From Candidatus Poribacteria bacterium (lineage in GTDB: Bacteria; Poribacteria; WGA-4E; WGA-3G): a stretch of DNA of 64,000 bases. The DNA lies in the NCBI GenBank assembly GCA_965242965.1, contig OZ251518.1, forward strand, positions 3,392,001 to 3,456,000. Direction: 5' to 3'. Below, piece by piece: positions 59,181 to 64,000 of the stretch (the first letter of the stretch is position 1; each line of letters begins with the position of its first letter). The notes beneath the pieces were generated by a model that did no database searches, was not told the DNA's origin, and worked only from the letters and a program-made list of their open reading frames with translations. The translations under genes were made by a program, and so were the position numbers.

Positions 59181-62100
59181 TTGAACCGAACATTTTCTGT
59201 GAACGCCCCCGAGGTCTTCCGTAAACATTGCATCCCTAAACGGGTTTTAAAAGTAGCAGGTCTTTTACTCTTACTATTTTTTCTACCCTTTCATGCCACC
59301 GCCAAATCCGCGCCCGACGCAGGGCTTTCTCCTCAGCCAGAAACGGAGGCAACGCCACCTGTCCAGCAGATGACGAGCGAGGCTTTTCATCAGGACGAAA
59401 GCCCCTTTTTTCTTTGGCAAACCGATTGGCAGAGTCCACTCACACCGCGCGCCGACAAACATGCCGAAGAACCTGCTGAAGAGCAGGAAGAATCTGGAGA
59501 ACCGGAAGAGCCATTAGACGCTTATCTCGAAAGTCTCCGGCGATGGAAGTATCCCCCGACGCTCATCGATTTGGATAACCTTGACACGTGGAAGCCGAGG
59601 AAGAAACGTGACGAAAAGGGCATCGCGCTTCCGATGGATTCTAACCTCCAGATTACCGGTTTCCAGTCTGTCACCGTAGAGGTTAACAAGACACACTACT
59701 TCGGTGAGGGAGATCTCAACCGTTACGGCGGCTACGGCTACGGTGGGGGATACGGTAGTTACGGCTCAGGCCTTGACCTGGGTTTAACCTCCTCCTACAC
59801 TTACGACGATTTTGGCTACGGTAGCACCGGCTTTGGCGATACCTACGGCGGCGGCTACGGGAGCCGTTATGGTGGCGGGTCCTACGGTGGCGGATACGGT
59901 GGCTACGGCGGTGGATACGGCGGATACAGCAGCGGTATCCCGCGCGCATCCGGCTTCAACATGCGGCAGTCACAGCAGTTCGGTTTGCACGGACGTGTCG
60001 GCGAACGGACTCACATCGCCGTGGATTACAGTGCAGGCTCCAGTTCACCGTTCGGCGGGGGTGGATACGGCGGCGGGTATGGCGGATACGGAGGTTATGG
60101 CCTCGGCGGCGCAAAAGAACAGAAAATCAAAATCTGGTATGAAGGCAAACCTGAGAGCATCATCAAAACTGTCGCTTTCGGTGACATCACGCTGACGCTG
60201 CCCAACACGCGCTTCTTAAACATCAATCGCAACCTGTTCGGCCTCGAAGGTGTGTTTGAGTGGAAAAACACCCGCGTGACGCTGTTCGGTTCTCGCAGCA
60301 AAGGCGTGCGTGAGGTGCGCACTTTCCGGGGGCAATCTCGCCGTGCGAGCGGGTATGGCAGCTATGGCCCACGCGGTATCCAAATCGCCGATGCCAACTA
60401 CGTCAAAAATCGGTTCTATCTGATTCACCAAGGCCCCGATGGCCTCATCCACGATGCCTATCTGCCTATCAAAGCCGGTAGCGAGGAGATTTACATTGAC
60501 GATGGCGTTGTCGGCAATAACCAAGGCGGCAAGCGCACTCCAAACGGATACTTCAACCCGCAGTTTCCGGGACAAGACTACAATATCGACTACGAGACTG
60601 GGGAGATAGAATTCCTCAGTCCTATCTCGGCGAGTTACACCCTCATCGTCGCTTACGAATACCTCGGCAATGGCGGCGGCACCGTCGGCACTCCCGGCAA
60701 CGTTTTCCCCGACGAACCCGTAACCGCTGGTGTCCCTGTAGTAGAGGTAACGGGCTCAGGCGAGCCTGTTCTAGACTCCCCGGCGCATCCCGACTCATAC
60801 GTCGTCCTCAAGGAAAAAGGCTTCCGCGGCACCGAGGCGAGCCACGTCTATAGCCTCGGCAATCGTAATATCAACCCGCGCGATTTTCAGCTATCCATCA
60901 TCAGACAGGGACAGAGCGAGACGTTTCAGACGGATGCCGGGCGCGTGCCTTACATCGAAATCTTTGGATTGGACAGGAACGGGGACGGCAATGTGGATTC
61001 GCAGTTCGTCGACTACGACAGAGGCATCCTCCGTTTCCCCGAATTCAGGCCGTTTGAAATCAGCGACCCGGGGCATCCCTACTACAAATACAGAGACGCG
61101 ATTAACAACCCCGCCATCTATCTTGAAAGTCTCCGCACTACCGATGCGGTTTACACGCTCATCGCCGACTACGCCTACCAATCCGAAACCTACAACGTCG
61201 GCTTATGGGTAATTCCCAACAGCGAGACGGTGCGTCTGAACGGCAGGGAGCTCGTGCGCGATGCAGACTATATGATGGTTTACGAAGTCGGCACTATCCG
61301 CTTCTTCACGGAACTTGACGAATTTGACGAAATCGTCGTTGAATTTGAAAAAACGCCGTTCGGCGGTGCATCGCAACAGGCAGTCGCCGGTGCGTGGCTG
61401 GAATACACGCACAAACCGAAAGCGAAATCCCAGAGAGAGCAGAACCTTGAGGATAGATTCAATCGGCTCGGAGGATTCCAAGGGATACAACCCGGTATCG
61501 GTGGCGATAGCCCCGGCGGACAGAATCTCTTTTCTGGCGCGGGGACTTTCGGAAATCGGCGTTCATACGGTGGCGGTTTTGGCGGCTATGGCGGCGGCAT
61601 GGGCGGTTTCGGTGGCGGATACGGCGGTGGGCTCGGCGGCTATGGCGGCGGTTACAGTTACGGTGGCTTCGGCGGCCGCTCGCGAAGCAGCTACCTCGGC
61701 AGTTACGGCGGCGGCATGAACTATTTCACACCCGTTTTTCAAAAAGGGTTTAATCTCTCAACGGGTTACATTCTGAACACCGGGCAGCGGCCCGCAGAGA
61801 TACCCGATGTCAACAACGTTCCAAATCGCCTGCAGGCGTTCAACATCAACACCAGCTTCGGCAGAGCCTTTAACATCGCTTGGCTGTTCAACCCGTTGCC
61901 GTTCATTAACGTCCGGAACGTGCCGCTCTCCATTGACTTCAGCGGCGAGGCAGCCTATTCGCATAACAACCCGAACTCTGTCGGTGTCGCGCTCATTGAT
62001 AGCATGGAAGGCGCGAAGGAAGCCACCACTATCCCAACGCTCAAATACAACTGGAAACCGTGTAGCATTCCGGGACAGGGGACAACGCCGGACACGACTA

Positions 62101-64000
62101 TTTTGGAAACGACGAATGAAAACCGCGCGCTGTTTAACGTTGCCCTGAAAGATAAAGACGAATCCGAGGCTGTCGGCAACTACATGCGCAATCGCGATGT
62201 CCCCGCCTCCTCTATTCAACCGCTCTCCCTCTCCACCGAAGAACGGCTTATCATGGAAGTCGGCTACGATTTCACTGACTTGGTGGAAGAATGGGGCGGC
62301 TTCTCCAGCGGCATCTCTAATGCCGGTGTCGATTTCTCCGAACGCGGGTTCGTCGAACTCTGGATGCGCGTCCAAGGCGACGACAACGTCACTCTCTTCC
62401 TTGACATCGGTATCATCAGCGAAGATACGGATAGAGACGAACGCCTCGATAGCGAAGACTTGCCCGATACACTCTTGGACATCAACGCCGATGGCAAGGT
62501 TGATGCGTTGGACCTGGATTTAGAGAACCTTCCCGATGAACTCCGATACCGTGGCAACGGCGCACTGGATACCGGTGAAGACATCGGTTGGACGTTCAAC
62601 GGCGCGTTTGAACGCATCGCCTTCGGTAGAAACAATCAGGTGCTTGATAGCGAAGACCTGAACGGCGACGGCGAGTTGAACGCCATTGATGCCTATTTCC
62701 AAATCTCCATCCCGCTTAACGAAATTCCTAACGAGTGGGTGAAAAGCCAAAACAACAACGGTTGGACGTTTCTCAGCATTCCGCTCTCGCGATTCGTGCC
62801 GCAAGGCACCCGCGTACCGAGTCTCGTGTTCGTCCAGCACTTCCGCTTCTGGCTGATGAAAAACCGTCCCGGCACCGTGCAAGGCACATTCCAGTGGGCA
62901 TCCATCGAGATAGTCGGCAATAAATGGCAGCAAGGCATCGTCACTAAAGCGCAAGCGGCGCAACCCGCAGGCGAACTCGCCGGACAGGCAATCGTCGAAG
63001 ATACGCTTGAAAGGTTCGTCGTCGGCACGAAAGACAACTTCAGCTATGACGATTATCAGCGCGCATACCTTGAAATTGAAGGCCATGAACAGTACGGCGA
63101 ACTCTTCAAGAAACTGCACCCGTTCACCGCCACTTCCCTCGGTTTTCAGACGCAACAGCAGCGTGAACAGACGCTGAGCCTCGACTATTACCTCTTCCCC
63201 GGTTCTTACGGCATTACCTCCAAGCAACTCAAGGGTTTAACACAAAGCGAGGGACAAGACTTTAGCAAACACGACACCCTTCGCCTCTGGCTGTATGGTG
63301 ACAAAAGCGATACCACCTTCGTGTTGCAACTCGCGCCTAGCGTGCGGACAGGCTATCGCAGCGCGTTTTACAACGCAGACCCTTTTGTTAACCCGCAGCA
63401 GGAAGAGGAGGACATCAACGTCTTTGAAAACCTCACCGACTACTACGAATACACCGTCCCTATTGACTTTGAGGGATGGCAGCTCATTGAGATAGATCTT
63501 CGTGATAGGCACAGAAATGCGTATCCTGATGTTACAGCCGGAGCAGGACAGGGGAGTGAGCTCCTGGGCACGACATTAGTTAACGAAGTGTCAACTCCCC
63601 CGGCGGAACCCGATGCACCCGATGGGCACCCCGACGGCTTCACCGTGAGAGGCAGAACTAGCACACAACTCTCCATCAAAAACATCGGCGGCATCCTGCT
63701 CGGCATCCGAAACGACACCGGGCGCGAAATCAGCGGCGAGGTTTGGGTAAACGAAATCCACCTCGGTGATCCGCTCGTTCGTTCCGGTTGGGCGCGCCGC
63801 GGAAATATGTCTGTCTCCCTCGGCAACCTCATCAAACTCCGCGGCGGCTATGCCAGCCAAGACAAAGATTTCGAGAGCGGTGCCGGCGAAATCGGGCGGC
63901 AACGCCTCTCCTCGCGCGGCTATAGCACAACTAATAACGACTTTAACATTGACGCAGATGTCAACATGTTCTCATGGCTGCCCATCCGCTATTCTGTCAG
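59181..64000 (+). CDS. sprA: SprA/Sov-like T9SS outer-membrane translocon (partial, runs off the window)
   Basis: Missing from the ORF track, as expected for a frame with no stop in the window; manual translation of the 5' and 3' parts gives a signal peptide, Q.QQ..L.G.VG, KIWYEG.PESIIK...FGD..L.LP...LFG, DSEDL repeats and GEVWVNEIHL...GWA. Confidence 0.78.
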   Translation, partial: MNRTFSVNAPEVFRKHCIPKRVLKVAGLLLLLFFLPFHATAKSAPDAGLSPQPETEATPPVQQMTSEAFHQDESPFFLWQTDWQSPLTPRADKHAEEPAEEQEESGEPEEPLDAYLESLRRWKYPPTLIDLDNLDTWKPRKKRDEKGIALPMDSNLQITGFQSVTVEVNKTHYFGEGDLNRYGGYGYGGGYGSYGSGLDLGLTSSYTYDDFGYGSTGFGDTYGGGYGSRYGGGSYGGGYGGYGGGYGGYSSGIPRASGFNMRQSQQFGLHGRVGERTHIAVDYSAGSSSPFGGGGYGGGYGGYGGYGLGGAKEQKIKIWYEGKPESIIKTVAFGDITLTLPNTRFLNINRNLFGLEGVFEWKNTRVTLFGSRSKGVREVRTFRGQSRRASGYGSYGPRGIQIADANYVKNRFYLIHQGPDGLIHDAYLPIKAGSEEIYIDDGVVGNNQGGKRTPNGYFNPQFPGQDYNIDYETGEIEFLSPISASYTLIVAYEYLGNGGGTVGTPGNVFPDEPVTAGVPVVEVTGSGEPVLDSPAHPDSYVVLKEKGFRGTEASHVYSLGNRNINPRDFQLSIIRQGQSETFQTDAGRVPYIEIFGLDRNGDGNVDSQFVDYDRGILRFPEFRPFEISDPGHPYYKYRDAINNPAIYLESLRTTDAVYTLIADYAYQSETYNVGLWVIPNSETVRLNGRELVRDADYMMVYEVGTIRFFTELDEFDEIVVEFEKTPFGGASQQAVAGAWLEYTHKPKAKSQREQNLEDRFNRLGGFQGIQPGIGGDSPGGQNLFSGAGTFGNRRSYGGGFGGYGGGMGGFGGGYGGGLGGYGGGYSYGGFGGRSRSSYLGSYGGGMNYFTPVFQKGFNLSTGYILNTGQRPAEIPDVNNVPNRLQAFNINTSFGRAFNIAWLFNPLPFINVRNVPLSIDFSGEAAYSHNNPNSVGVALIDSMEGAKEATTIPTLKYNWKPCSIPGQGTTPDTTILETTNENRALFNVALKDKDESEAVGNYMRNRDVPASSIQPLSLSTEERLIMEVGYDFTDLVEEWGGFSSGISNAGVDFSERGFVELWMRVQGDDNVTLFLDIGIISEDTDRDERLDSEDLPDTLLDINADGKVDALDLDLENLPDELRYRGNGALDTGEDIGWTFNGAFERIAFGRNNQVLDSEDLNGDGELNAIDAYFQISIPLNEIPNEWVKSQNNNGWTFLSIPLSRFVPQGTRVPSLVFVQHFRFWLMKNRPGTVQGTFQWASIEIVGNKWQQGIVTKAQAAQPAGELAGQAIVEDTLERFVVGTKDNFSYDDYQRAYLEIEGHEQYGELFKKLHPFTATSLGFQTQQQREQTLSLDYYLFPGSYGITSKQLKGLTQSEGQDFSKHDTLRLWLYGDKSDTTFVLQLAPSVRTGYRSAFYNADPFVNPQQEEEDINVFENLTDYYEYTVPIDFEGWQLIEIDLRDRHRNAYPDVTAGAGQGSELLGTTLVNEVSTPPAEPDAPDGHPDGFTVRGRTSTQLSIKNIGGILLGIRNDTGREISGEVWVNEIHLGDPLVRSGWARRGNMSVSLGNLIKLRGGYASQDKDFESGAGEIGRQRLSSRGYSTTNNDFNIDADVNMFSWLPIRYSV

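Noticed and set aside
59236-63902. Many short ORFs listed in this region
   Set aside because: They are explained as shadows of the single long SprA-like frame starting at 59181.

Overview
A 64 kb bacterial chromosomal window, most likely Candidatus Poribacteria (sponge symbionts). This is inferred from a LamG protein ending in PVEPAGKLSTTWGYLK, an [17 protein letters not shown]-terminal sorting domain, cohesin/dockerin modules, and DUF6785- and DUF1549/1553-type proteins. Housekeeping genes include lon, birA, a galU-like gene, hisZ-hisG-hisS, holA, thrC and argF. There are also ABC transporters, Gfo/Idh/MocA oxidoreductases and a defence cluster (PD-(D/E)XK protein, two tandem Rpn genes, type IIG RM enzyme). 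Several secreted proteins and a SprA-like T9SS translocon (truncated by the window end) are present. Intergenic DNA is filled with at least six families of REP-like palindromes, some inserted in-frame in genes. Main highlights: (1) adjacent Reeler-dockerin and cohesin-Spondin_N genes that could assemble an F-spondin-like complex; (2) an FmdB-family candidate selenoprotein with an in-frame UGA, a SECIS-like hairpin and an ATGA overlap with holA; (3) Rpn genes and a separate membrane-protein family, both with internal SD-ATG starts suggesting intragenic antitoxins; (4) a His-leader attenuator; (5) a G7-tract frameshift in a giant secreted protein. Family assignments come from motif recognition only; no searches were run.
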